A stretch of 64,000 nucleotides of DNA from Octopus sinensis (GCF_006345805.1 NC_043022.1:3224001-3288000), one strand, 5' to 3'; counted from the first letter of the stretch, positions 38,476 to 51,002 are shown. A program made the numbers and translations. The notes: generated by a model from the sequence alone, not told the origin.

Positions 38476-38836
38476 GTGGAGGGTGTAACGATGTTTGTGA
38501 ATAACTATGGAATTTCTTTTGTATGTTGTTAGGAAACGGGCTTGATGTATTCATTCGTAGATGTTATCTTTTCGAAGTAGCAATCTTTATTTTCACATGC
38601 TATCTTTTTATACAGGAAACAGTATTGTTGATTTCGTTGTTCGACAACTTTATTTTATGCTTACTCACTTGAGGTGTCCGTACAATTCGTTCTATTGTCA
38701 TTTTAATGAAACTGTTTATTTAACTAACGACCATTGTGCCGGCTGAATGTAAAGATTTATTGGTGGAAGTGAGACAAAAATGTTCAGTTGTATTGTTATA
38801 AGGTCGACGGTATTTTTATTTCCCTTATAAAAATAA

Positions 38837-39250
38837 GGCGGCGAGCTGACGGAAACGTTAGCACGCCGGGCGAAATGCTTTGCGGTATTTCGTCTGCGTT
38901 ACGTTGTGTGTTCAAATTCCGCCGAGGTCGACTTTGCCTTTCATCCTTTCGGGGTCGATAAATTAAGTACCAGTTACGCACTGGGGTCGATGTGATCGAC
39001 TTAATCCCTATGTCTGTCCTTGTTTGTCCCCTCTGTGTTTAGCCCCTTGTGGGTAATAAAGAAATAGGTATTTCGTCTGCGTTACGTTGTGAGTTCAAAT
39101 TCCGCCGAGGTCGACTTTGCCTTTCATCCTTTCGGGGTCGATAAATTAAGTACCAGTTACGCACTGGGGTCGATGTGATCGACTTAATCCCTTTGTCTGT
39201 CCTTGTTTGTCCCCTCTGTGTTTAGCCCCTTGTGGGTAGTAAAGAATTAG
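38837..39250 (+). mobile_element. SINE family A dimer
   Basis: One head and two units; flanked by direct repeat ggtatttttatttccct. Confidence 0.88.
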
Positions 39251-39670
39251 GTATTTTTATTTCCCTGTAATAAAAAAAATAAGAGGGGATTTAGCAGGAT
39301 AGTAGAGCTTTGTTATGTTGCTTTTGCAGATTAGGTTTTGGAATTCTTTGTGTAATAATCTAAGAGATATGAAGCAGATGTTTCAAGTGAGAGGTGTTAA
39401 ACTTTTCAACCAAAGACTCGAAGAAGAAAAAGACAGGGAACTCACATACACACACAGACAGGTGCACGAGGAGTGTTTTAAGTGGAATAGCTAAAACAGG
39501 AATTTAAAAAACTATATCATTAAAAACACAATTTAATCTTGTTCTGCTAAACAGCTGCAGAAAGAGGTGTGTGACTAAAGAAGTACCAACAGACAGACGA
39601 TTGGTATCAGGTCAAATTATGGTATTCATTTAAACAGAGAAATTAAAATAAGGGTAGGAATTGATATAAA

Positions 39671-40905
39671 TCATCATCATCATCATCATCGTTTAGCGTC
39701 CGCTTTCCATGCTGGCATGGGTTGGACGGTGCAACTGGGGTCTGGGAAGCCAGAAGGCTTCATCAGGCCCAGTCAGATCTGGCAATGTTTCTACGGCTGG
39801 ATGCCCTTCCTAACGCCAACCACTCCATGAGTGTAGTGGGTGCTTTTTACGTGCCACCAACACAGGTACCAGACAAGTCTGGCAAACGGCCACGGTCGGA
39901 TGGTGCTTTTTATGTGCCACCGGCACGGAGGCCAGGCGAAGCTGGCAAACGGCCACGGTCAGATGGTGCTTTTTATGTGCCACCGGCACGGAGGCCAGGC
40001 GAAGCTGGCAAACGGCCACGGTCGGATGGTGCTTTTTATGTGCCACCGGCACGGAGGCCAGGCGAAGCTGGCAAACGGCCACGGTCGGATGGTGCTTTTT
40101 ATGTGCCACCGGCACGGAGGCCAGGCGAAGCTGGCAAACGGCCACGGTCGGATGGTGCTTTTTACGTGCCACCGACATGGAGGCCAGGCGAAGCTGGCAA
40201 CGGCCACGATCGGATGGTGCTTTTTACGTGCCACCAGCACGGAGGCCAGGCGAAGCTGGCAAACGGCCACAGTCGGATGGTGCTTTTTACATGTCACCGG
40301 CACGGAGGCCAGGCGAAGCTGGCAACGGCCACGATCGGATGGTGCTTTTTACGTGCCACCGGCACGGAGGCCAGGCGAGGCTGGCAACAGCCACGATCGG
40401 ATGGTGCTTTTTACGTGCCACCGGCACGGAGGCCAGGCGAAGCTGGCAACGGCCACGATCGGATGGTGCTTTTTACGTGCCACCGGCACGGAGGCCAGGC
40501 GAGGCTGGCAACGGCCACGATCGGATGGTGCTTTTTACGTGCCACCGGCACGGAGGCCAGGCGAAGCTGGCAACGGCCACGATTGGATGGTGCTTTTTAC
40601 GTGCCACCGGCACGGAAGCCAGTCAGGGCGGCACTGGCAACGGCCATGTTTGGATGGTTCTCTTATGTGCCACCAGCACTGATATCACAGCGACAATTTC
40701 CATTCATGTTGATCAATTTTGATTTTTGATTTTTTGATTTTTTGATTTGATTTTCACTTGCCTCAACAGGTCTTCACAAGTAGGGTTTTGTGTCCCAAGA
40801 AGGAAAGGTATGCATAAGTGGACTGAGGCCATGGGTGATGGTCTCACTTGTCCTGCCGGGTCTTCTCATGCACAGCATACTTCCAAAGGTCTCAGTCTCT
40901 AGTCT
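39671..40905 (-). mobile_element. Long SINE family D copy containing an expanded 59-60-bp GC-rich minisatellite (about 39840-40680)
   Basis: (CAT)n tail at 39671; about 13 units of gtgccaccggcacggaggccaggcgaagctggcaa(a)cggccacg(g/a)tcggatggtgcttttta(c/t). Confidence 0.88.
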
Positions 40906-40966
40906 CAATTAAAACCAGTGGCCTATCATATTATTATAAAAATCCGAAGATTAGAAATTTTATACA

Positions 40967-41474
40967 TACAAAATTAAGAGGAATGGCCACTAATAGTGGA
41001 CAGCCTGTATGCTAGAAATAGACCTCAAACTCGCCATTTACCACGAAGAAAGTGTTCTCAAAAACAAAATTCAGCAAAAACCAAAGTTTAAAAATAAGAC
41101 AAATGAAAATACTTTCCACCCTTTCAGGGTTGATAAAATAAGTACCAGTTGATTACTAGGGGTCAATATAATTGACTTGCCCCTCCCCACAAAATTCCAA
41201 ACCTTGTGCCTATATCTTTCTTTTATGGTTTATCTCCTACTTGTTTTAGTCACTGGACTATGGCCATGCTGGGGCACCAAACATATCAACCCCGAAAATA
41301 AAAAAAACAATGGTTTTTTTACTTTCGTATATTTTCATTTGTCTTATTTTTAAACTTTGGTTTTTGCTGAATTTTGTTTTTGAGAACATATTCTTCGTGG
41401 TAAATGGCGAGTTTGACGTCTATTTATAGCATACAGGCTGTCCACTATTAGTGGTCATTCCTCTTAATTTTGTA
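40967..41474. repeat. 145-bp inverted repeat arms with a 179-bp templated insertion in the spacer
   Basis: Arms 40967-41111 and 41330-41474; spacer 41115-41293 equals 37006-37184. Confidence 0.88.
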
Positions 41475-41488
41475 CATTTAAAGATATA

Positions 41489-42307
41489 GGCGCAGGAGTG
41501 GCTGTGTGGTAAGTAGCTTGTTTACCAACCACATGGTTCCGGGTTCAGTCCCACTGCGTGGCTCCTTGGCCAAGTGTCTTCTTCTATAGCCTCAGGCCGA
41601 CCAAAGCCTTGTGAGTGGATTTGGTAGACGGAAACTGAAAGAAGCCCGTCGTATATCTCTTTCTCTTTTCTCTTTTACTTGTTTCAGTCATTTGACTGCG
41701 GCCATGCTGGAGCACCGCCTTTAGTCGAGCAAATCGACCCCAGGACTTATTCTTTGTAAGCCCAGTACTTATTCTATCGGTCTCTTTTTGCCGAACCGCT
41801 AAGTGACGGGGACGTAAACACACCAGCATCGGTTGTCAAGCAATGCTAGGGGGACAAACACAAACACACATACATATATATATATATACATATATACGAC
41901 AGGCTTCTTTCAGTTTCCGTCTACCAAATCCACTCACAAGGCATTGGTCGGCCCGGGGCTATAGCAGAAGATACTTGCCCAAGATGCCACGCAGTGGGAC
42001 TGAACCCGGAACCATGAGGTTGGTTAGCAAGCTACTTACCACACAGCCACTCCTGCGCCTATATATGTATATATATATATGTATGTGTGTGTATGTTTGT
42101 ATGTCTGTGTTTGTCCCCCTAGCATTGCTTGACAACCGATGCTGGTGTGTTTACATCCCCGTTACTTAGCAGTTCGGCAAAAGAGACCGACAGAATAAGT
42201 ACTGGGCTTACAAAAGAATAAGTCCCGGGGTCGAGTTGCTCGATTAAAGGCGGTGCTCCAGCATGGCCACAGTCAATTGACTGAAACAAGTAAAAGAGTA
42301 AAAGAGA
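41489..42307. mobile_element. Nested family-B SINEs: a minus copy (41657-42060) inside the central microsatellite of a plus copy
   Basis: Plus head 41489-41655 and plus tail 42061-42307 flank a complete minus copy. Confidence 0.85.
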
Positions 42308-42534
42308 GGTAGGTTTGTTACAGGACTATAGATGACAAGTGGCAGTGATTTCTTTTGTGCTGTAAACCATCTACCATTCCTCTGCTTCTCCCCTTCCTTC
42401 GATGCCGCAAACATGCTTATCATGTTAAATGGTTCATCCAGCGCTGGATAGAAACGAATGCACTGAATGGCAAGTATCAGTTAGCTGGGAAGATGCTCTG
42501 CTATGGAGTTTGCTACAAAACAATACTTAATATG

Positions 42535-42920
42535 TCATCATCATCATCATCATCGTTTAACGTCCGTTCTCCATGCTAGCATGGGTTGGACGGTTCGACT
42601 GGGGATCTGTGAAGCCAGAAGGCTGCACCAGGCTCCGGTCTTATCTGGCAATGTTTCTACAGCCGGATGCCCTTCCTAACGCCAACCACTCCGTGAGTGC
42701 AGTGGGTGCTTTTTACGTGCCACCCGCACGGGTGCCAGGCGAGGCTGGCAACGGCCACGGTCGGATTGGTGCATTTTACGTGCCACCTGCACGGAAGCCA
42801 TCCGAGGCGGCACTGGCTTCGGCCACGATTCGGATGGTGCTTTTTACGTGCCACCGACACGGAAGCCAGTCGAGGCGGCGCTGGCATCGGCCATGATTCG
42901 GATGGTGCTTTTTACGTATC
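42535..42920 (-). mobile_element. SINE family D
   Basis: (CAT)n tail; about 3 internal 60-bp units. Confidence 0.82.
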
Positions 42921-42948
42921 TCCAGTAAAATCTCTGTCATTTAAAATA

Positions 42949-44227
42949 TTAGGTTGTTCTGAAAATAATGGCCGATTTCAGAAACATAATTTTATTCTGG
43001 AAAAATGAACAATAGAAATGTTTTGATTTGTCAAAGTATGAGTCGTGAACATCTATGTATCTCTGCCATCGATCAACGAGATTATTTATGCCTCATTAAT
43101 AAAAAATTAATTGGCTTTGATGCTAAGAAATCTTTGAAAGCTGATTCCACCTCTGGTTTGGACCTGAAAGATTTATCACTTAAAAACGTGTTTAAAAGCT
43201 TTAAAAAATGGTAGTCAGTGGGTGAAAGATTAAGAGAATATGGTGAATGTGGTAAAGTCTCGTATCCCAAGTCTGTGAGTTGCTACAGTGTCATTCTTGC
43301 AACATGTGGCTTTGGCTTATCATGGAGCAGAATTGGTCCATGCCGATTCACCAATGCAGGTCTCATTTCTTGCAAGTGAGCATGCATTTCAGCGAGGTGA
43401 TTGCAGTAAACCTCTGCTGTAATGCTCTGATTGGCTTCCAGAAAGCTGTAATGGACAACACCAATTGCAGTCACCATAATCTTTTGCTGATGCAACTTTG
43501 GCTTTGGGAAATGTTTGGGGGACTCATCACGATCAAGCCATTGGCCTGATCATTAACAGTTATCATAAAGGATCCACTTTCCGTCCCAAGTGACTATTCG
43601 GTCAAGAAAAGGACCATTGGTGTTTTGCAGAAAGAGCATCAAACACACTTCAAAACGCTGAACTTTTTGATTTTTATTGAGCTCATGCAGTACCCCGCCC
43701 CCCATTTATCGAGCTTTTTCACCTTACCAATCTTCTGCAGATTGCGTGATACCATTGCAATACCGACACCAAGTGCCTGAGACATTTCTCTGACACTTTG
43801 ACATGGGTTTTGTTCAACAATTGCTTTCAATTGTTCATTGCCAAGACTGCATGGCCGTCCTCTACCTTCTTCATCTTCAGGGCTCTCATCATCACTATGG
43901 AATTTCTGAAACCACCTTCGTACTGTGTGATCACTTGTGGACCCCTCTCCCCATGCTCTGTTGATATTGGCAGCAGTTTGGGAGGCATTGGGCCCCCAAG
44001 CTTGAACTCATGCAAGAAAAGTAAACGAAGGTCCTTTTTTTGTCATGTTCATAATTAAGGGCCCTATGCTTCAAGAATATTTCCTGTCTGAAATAAGTAG
44101 AAAATTATTAAAGAGCATACGTCAATTATTAAGTATGTCGAAATTCACCTAAAATATAATTAAAATACTTTGATGAAATTGCGTTTCAAAACACAACACA
44201 GTGGCCATTATTTTCGGAACAACCTAA
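42949..44227 (-). mobile_element. Full-length defective mariner transposon (Hsmar1/cecropia-like), 1279 bp
   Basis: TIRs ttaggttgttctgaaaataatggcc / ggccattattttcggaacaacctaa with TA flanks. Frameshifted transposase pieces LKAIVEQNPCQSVREMS, KIGKVKKLDKW, PILLHDKPKPHVA, LPHSPYSLNLSPTDYHF. Confidence 0.92.
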
Positions 44228-44750
44228 TATATTGTTTATGTCGACATCTGTGTCTGTTAATTATAATGAAAATACGAAAATATTTTATTCACATGTCTCC
44301 TCCATAACAATAAAAGCAGCCAAGTGTTACATTATTAAAAGGGGACATCCATTAGCGTGACACCATTCTTAATGTCTTCTCAATAATTGTTTGTAATTAT
44401 GAATGGGACCCAGTGAAAAAAAACATTTAAATGTTTGGAGTTGAAAAATTTTTTTTTTTTTTATTGGATGCTATGGCACAAAGGACCAGTCAGTTTGGAT
44501 TATCCCCAATCCCTGTTCTTGTCACATGCCTCCTCTTTTGTTCACAGATAATGACTTTTCTCATCAGGGGTCAGCTTTTTGAGTTCAATTGTTTTTTGTT
44601 TTTTTTCTGGAGATGAAAGATGAGGGGGGGTTACAGATTATCTTTCACATTCTCTTTCTCTTCTGACCACATCCTCACCCCTCTTTTTTTCCTCTCCCTT
44701 TATGTAGATCTATCTGTGTGTCTGTATATCTTTCTCTCTCTCTCTCTCTG

Positions 44751-44791
<41 letters not shown>

Positions 44792-44849
44792 CATAACTAT
44801 TTTATTGTACATCATCATCATCATCAGAAGCAAACTGGCAGGGGGGGGG

Positions 44850-45295
44850 GTCGAGCTGGCGGAATCGTTAGTGCGCCTGAAAACTTGCTTAGTGGTGGCG
44901 AGCTGGCAGAAACGTTAGCACGCTGGGCGAAATGCGTAGCCGTATTTCGTCTGTCGTTACGTTCTAAGTTCAAATTCCGCCGAGGTCGACTTTGACTTTC
45001 ATCCTTTCGGGGTCGATAAATTAAGTACCACTTGCGTGCAGGGGTCGATGTAATCGACTTAATACCTATGTCTGTCCTAGTTTGTCCCCTCTATATTTAG
45101 CCCCTTGTGGGTAGTAAAGAAATAAGTATTTCATCTGACCTTACGTTCTGAGTTCACATCCCACTGAGGTCGACTTTGCCTGTCATCCTTTCGGGGGTTG
45201 ATAAATTAAGTACCAGTGAAACACTGGGGTCGATGTATTCGACTAGACTCCTTTCCCCCAAATTTCAGGCCTTGTGCCTTTAGTAGAAAGGACCA
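44850..45295 (+). mobile_element. SINE family A cluster (copies nested or in tandem)
   Basis: Family A heads at about 44850 and 44894. Confidence 0.8.
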
Positions 45296-45301
45296 TTATT
45301 A

Positions 45302-45336
<35 letters not shown>

Positions 45337-45608
45337 TGAAATACTGCCCAGGTCAACTTTGCTTTTGATCCTTTTGGGGTCAGTACAATAAGTAACAGTA
45401 CATACTTACTCCCTCCCACGAAGTTGCTGGCCTTGTGCCAAAATTTGAAGCCAAAATCTATTTGTGCTTCTGTATGTTCTAAGTTCAAATCCCTTTGATG
45501 CTGACTTGATTATTTTCATCTCCCCTTGGGGGTCCACATGATAATAAAAAAATACAGGGATTGATATCCCCACCCCTGCCTCCATGGAAGATGATATACA
45601 AGGGTTTC

Positions 45609-46338
45609 GGGGGGTTAACTCGACCTAAATGCTTCCCTTACATTAAATTCACCTCATGTCTCATCAAAATATATTTCTAATTATCTGGCTGGGGCTGCAG
45701 ATGTTTGAGATAAAACTGGCCCCCTTTAAAGGGATTAACTGATAAATCTGTAACTGTTGTTGTTGTTGGTGGTGGTGGCGGTGATGGGAGGAAGGGGAAA
45801 GGAGAAAAAATAGTGTTAGGGAGCAGATAGTTGTTTATTAAAGGAGGATAGTGCAACATTTTAAAGACTTCCCCATCAAATTTTGATCAGGAACATATCA
45901 GACCCAGATAAGAAGCTGTCAGTTTTCCCAAGGTTTGAAAGATACAAGGCATAGGTTTTTAAGACACGGGGGGGGGGGGGGGTTAACTCGACCTAAATGC
46001 TTCCCTTACATTAAATTCACCTCATGTCTCATCAAAATATATTTCTAATTATCTGGCTGGGGCTGCAGATGTTTGAGATAAAACTGGCCCCCTTTAAAGG
46101 GATTAACTGATAAATCTGTAACTGTTGTTGTTGTTGGTGGTGGTGGCGGTGATGGGAGGAAGGGGAAAGGAGAAAAAATAGTGTTAGGGAGCAGATAGTT
46201 GTTTATTAAAGGAGGATAGTGCAACATTTTAAAGACTTCCCCATCAAATTTTGATCAGGAACATATCAGACCCAGATAAGAAGCTGTCAGTTTTCCCAAG
46301 GTTTGAAAGATACAAGGCATAGGTTTTTAAGACACGGG
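45609..46338. repeat. 368-bp tandem duplication of unique sequence with a G15 run at the junction
   Basis: Identical ORFs at 45677 and 46045; both units start g(n)ttaactcgacc and end aagacacggg. Confidence 0.92.
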
Positions 46339-46572
46339 TTTAGAGATAACACTACATCACCACCACCACCACCATCTCCACCACCACAATCTCCAGCACC
46401 ACAATCTCCACCATCACTGTCACCACCACCGCCACCACCATCATGCCATTAGGAGTTTTGACTAATCCTAGAGGAGAATCTGTTACAGGAAGTTGGAAGC
46501 CATTAACTGATTTTGTCAGGAACTTAAATAGTTCCAAGTTACAGACAAGTTCTGACACTGAAACATAATTAT

Positions 46573-46659
<87 letters not shown>

Positions 46660-46664
<5 letters not shown>

Positions 46665-47003
46665 ATAGAAATATTAAAATTACTAAGTCTCTCTAAAAGA
46701 GAACAACGGCAGTGTTTCCGGAAAATAATAGTTATCGCCATACTAATATGGCATTCTTATAAAAACAAGAATAAAGCTGTCCGCTTATTAGCTGCATTGA
46801 AAAGGGGCAATACCCCGAAACGCGTCTGTAGCTGCCGGTCAAGTAGTGTGGAGCGACTGACCTCCCTTGTTCGAAGGTTATATGGATACAGTTTGTGTAT
46901 CAAATAGCTAACTTAAGGCGATGGCCTCATGGAGCTAATAAGCGGACAGCTTTATTCTTATTTTTATAAGAATGCCATATTAGTATGGCGATAACTATTA
47001 TAT
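46660..47003 (+). mobile_element. Penelope-like remnant in (TA)n with ~70-bp inverted repeat and hammerhead
   Basis: IR 46726-46793 / 46933-47001; (TA)n on both sides. Confidence 0.65.
46790..46833 (+). ncRNA. Minimal type I hammerhead ribozyme, U3-A8 core variant
   Basis: agctgca-TTGAAAA-GGGG-caata-CCCC-GAAA-cgcG-TC-tgtagct: 7-bp stem I, 4-bp stem II, GUC site. Confidence 0.72.
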
Positions 47004-47034
47004 ATATATATATATATTATATATATATGTATGT

Positions 47035-47108
<74 letters not shown>

Positions 47109-47172
47109 CCGCATGTGTATCGTTGGCGATTTTTTTCCCTCCGTCTTCCCTTCTCTGGATCTTTCCTCCTAT

Positions 47173-47207
47173 GTTTCTGATGAAGAGCTCTGCTCGTAAC
47201 TTTAAAC
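47173..47207 (+). ncRNA. Degenerate hammerhead-like motif
   Basis: gttt-CTGATGA-a-GAGC-tct-GCTC-GtAAC-ttt-aaac; GAAA is mutated to GTAA. Confidence 0.5.
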
Positions 47208-47298
47208 CCTCCTTCCTTCCCGAGCGTCCAATAATACTATACTTGTTCCACGTCCTCGCGTTGTTGTGTTTTCTCTTTGTGTTTTCATGTTTGGATTA

Positions 47299-47491
47299 AC
47301 TCTTTTACTTGTTTCAGTCATTTGACTGCAGCCATGCTGGAGCACCGCCTTTAGTCGAGCAAATTGACCTCGGGACTTATTCTTTGTAAGCCCAGTACTT
47401 ATTCTATCGGTCTCTTTTGCCAAACCGCTAAGTGACAGGGACATTAACACACCAGCATCGGTTGTCAAGCGATGTTGCGGGGACAAACACA

Positions 47492-47529
<38 letters not shown>

Positions 47530-47678
47530 CACACACATACGACGGGCTTCTTTCAGTTTCTGTCTACCAAATCCACTCACAACGCTATAGTAGAAGACAC
47601 TTGCCCAAGGTGCCACGCAGTGGGACTGAACCCGGAACCATGTGGTTCATAAGCAAGCTACTTACCACACAGCCACTC
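47299..47678 (-). mobile_element. SINE family B
   Basis: Family homology. Confidence 0.85.
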
Positions 47679-48233
47679 CGACACCTGATTAATGCATGAT
47701 TAATTAAAAACAATGTGAATAAATAAGGATTGCATTTGATAGAAAAATCTGAAAGCCTAAGGGTTAAACAGGCAATATCCAGCCCTTAGGCTTTTAGATT
47801 TATGTTCAAACTGACCAGATCTGGCTTCTCACACCTATCCTACAATAACATTTTAAAAATAATCACATCATTGACATCTTGAAGCTATGAGATAATGTAT
47901 GATTAATTCAAAACCTGTGAATATATAAGGATTACATTTGACAGAGAATTCTGAATGCTAGAGGGTAAGACATTTATTTGTAATATATTGTCAAAATTTT
48001 TATTGCTTGACACTAAAAAAATTTTAACCAGGTGACGGTTTTGACCAACAAACAATAAATGTTGTGACGGTGACGGTTTTGACCATTCACAAACAATAAA
48101 TGTTTAAATAAAGTTAATGGTCTTTGTGTTTTCCATGCTGTAATCACTATAAATTCCTTGTAGGTTAATTATAATATATATATTGCATTTTTTGCTGATG
48201 TAATAAGAGGGATGGCTGGACAATGCTGTAGGT

Positions 48234-48662
48234 CAGTGCTTCTCAACAGGGGGTCTATATGGCCCCTATCTACAATAAAAGCATTGGTGTCAGTGCTGGT
48301 GCCACATTAAAAGCACCCAGTACACTTTGTAAAATGGTTGGCATTAGGAAGGGCAACCAGCTGTAGAAACCATGCCAAAACAGACAATGGAACCTGGTAC
48401 AGCCCAGGCCTTACCAGTTCTGTCAAGCCGTCCAACCCATGCCAGCATGGAAAACAGAAGTTAAATGTTGATGATGATGAATAAATTGGTTAACACAAAA
48501 TATTTTAACAATTTTTTAAATACAATTCCTAATAGTATTCAATTCTAAAAATATAAGGGGATATTTTTAAGCATTGAAAAGCCAAGGAGGGTCCAGCCAG
48601 TAGAATAAAACAAGGATCAAAATGGGTCGATAGGTAAAAAAAAAATGGGTTGAGAACCAGTG
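48234..48662. mobile_element. Old hAT/Charlie-like MITE interrupted by a family-D SINE (about 48285-48480)
   Basis: TIRs cagtgcttctcaac / gttgagaaccagtg. Confidence 0.6.
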
Positions 48663-48782
48663 TTGTGGGAGAACAGGATGATTATATCAGACAAAAATAT
48701 ATATAAGTCGAAACAATTTGTTAGCCTTTTATAGTTTTTAAAATTATTTATGTTATATGATATTATGTTATATTCTAAAAAA

Positions 48783-49102
48783 GACTCCGCCGGTTACGAC
48801 GACGAGGGTCCCAGCTGATACGATCAACGGAACAGCTTGCTCGTGAAATTAACGTGCAAATGGCTGAGCATTCCACAGACACGTGTACCCTTAACGTAGT
48901 TCTCGGGGATAATCAGCGTGACACAGAGAGTGACAAGGCTGACCCTTTGAAATACAAGTACAACTCATTTTTGCCAGCTGAGTGGACTGGAGCAACGTGA
49001 AATAAAGTGTCTTGCTCAAGGACACAACGTGTCGCCGGGAATCAAACTCACAACCTTACGATCATGAGCCGAATGCCCTAACCACTAAGCCACGTGCCCT
49101 CA
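48783..49102 (-). mobile_element. SINE family C variant
   Basis: Matches 1421-1746. Confidence 0.82.
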
Positions 49103-49204
49103 CTATGTTATATTATGTTCTAAGTGTTTAATATAATATTGTAATATAAATTAATCATTGGATTTTCAATAGAATATCTCTTTATTTGATTTATCTTTAT
49201 ATAT

Positions 49205-49770
49205 ATCATCATCATCATCATCATGTAATGTCCGCCTTCCATGCTGGCATGAGTGGAATGGTTTCACAAGAGCCAGCCAGAGAGAAGCCTGCACCAGACT
49301 TCTGTGGCTGTTTTGGCAGGATTTTTACAGCTGGATGCCCTTTCTAACGCCAACCACTCAGCAGAGTGGACTTGGTGTTTTTTACGTAGCACAAGCACAG
49401 GCAAGGTCAGTTTTGGCAAGGTTTTTACAGCTGGATGCCCTTTCTAATGCCAACCACTCAGCAGTGTGGATTTGGTGCTTTTTACGTAGCACAAGCACAG
49501 GCAAGGTCAGTTTTGGCAAGGTTTTTACAGCTGGATGCCCTTCCTAACACCAACAACCTCTTTACAGTGTGGACTGGGTGCTTTTAAGTGGCACCTGCAC
49601 TAACAGGGTCACCAAGTACTTGCAAGAGAAAAAAAAAAAGAATCCACACACAAGGCTTTTGTCAGCCTGGGGTTATAAGTAGAAGTCATTTGCCCAAGGT
49701 ACCATGCAGTAGGACTGAACCAGAAACCATATGGTTGGGAAGCAAACTTCTTACCACATGGCCACCCTGT
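49205..49770 (-). mobile_element. Diverged family D/B SINE with an internal ~100-bp duplication
   Basis: (CAT)n tail; repeated cagctggatgccct unit. Confidence 0.7.
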
Positions 49771-49779
49771 ATATAGAAG

Positions 49780-49992
49780 ACGGTGTTGAAAAGTTCCTGG
49801 CTTTAAAGGTATTGCAAAAGGTCTGGTTGGAGGCTGAACCTTTTGAGTTCTTTTACAGGGCTTACAAAAGCTGAAGGACCGCTGCAATAAGTGTGTGAAT
49901 CTGAGAGGGGAATATGTTGAATGAAATCATAATTAACTGATCCCCATCCAGTATTTTCTGTTATCCAAAACCAGGAACTTTTCAGCATCCCC
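49780..49992 (+). mobile_element. Mariner-derived MITE, copy 2
   Basis: Homologous to 13550-13760; encodes ..KLKDRCNKCVNLRGEYVE*. Confidence 0.75.
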
Positions 49993-51002
49993 CTTACACA
50001 CACACACACACTATTTGATGACATATAAGACAGACCCTTCTTCCAAAACAAACAAAAACAAACCATCTCAAAAGCCACCCTGGTGTCCTATATGTAGTTG
50101 GGCGTCCCATAAGCTTTAAATGCATTAAAACTGTATTTTCTTCCTGAATATTAGCTGCTGAAATCCGGGTGCGTCTAATATGCCACCAAATAAAACACAC
50201 ACACACACACCTCATGAGTCATGTAACTCCAACATTTTCAATGAATGTATCAGGAAAACATGTACCACACCTATTTCATGGCTGAGTGGAGTAACTTCAA
50301 GGCTAAACCAAACTTACATGAGTGTTCTGCATCGATGGTCATTCCAGCTGTACTATCAGAAACACCTGCACTTGTAGAGGTTGCTAGACGTGCTAGAAAT
50401 AACAGCCAAGTCTCCCTAAGATCTCACCTACTTTCAACAATAAAGAAAGGGCAGGACATATAATAAATAATAATAATGAAATTATTGTATACAGTGCTCA
50501 GGTGCACCACAACTTGTCAGAAAGTGCATATAAAGTACATGCAGTAATGTAGAAATGTCTGGGAAGCGAACATGCTTGTGTGTGTATGGAGGGGAGAAAA
50601 TCAAGTGTAGTGTTGGCGAATCTCAGGAAGCATGGAAGTCTTGAAGGATGCAGTGCTCCTTCTTTATATTATAAAGATACGACTGTATATGACATTATCT
50701 GTTCATCTTAGGGAGACTTGGCTGTTATTTCTAATCACAGTTCCATTATATATAAAGTCACTTCAGGTTCACTGTTTAGAAAAATTCCTTTCATGCGGAA
50801 TTTCATCTTTTTCAAAAGACAATACCCTGAAGTGACTTTATATATAATGGAACTGTTAATTATATCAGACAAAACAATTTGTTGGCCTTTAATGGTTTTT
50901 ATGATTATTTATATAAAATTATGTTATAAGTGTTTAATGTAATATTGTAATGGATTGTCAATAGTATATATCTATATTTAATTTATCTTTATATACAGTA
51001 TA

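Noticed and set aside
39330-39494. Candidate next BICDR exon (ttttgcag|IRFWNSLCNNLRDMKQMF...)
   Set aside because: Phase-0 acceptor, but no convincing similarity to the expected BICDR coiled coil and a weak donor; could only be rescued by RNA-seq.
39722-40729. 335-aa and overlapping ORFs
   Set aside because: Translations of a 59-60-bp minisatellite inside a SINE.
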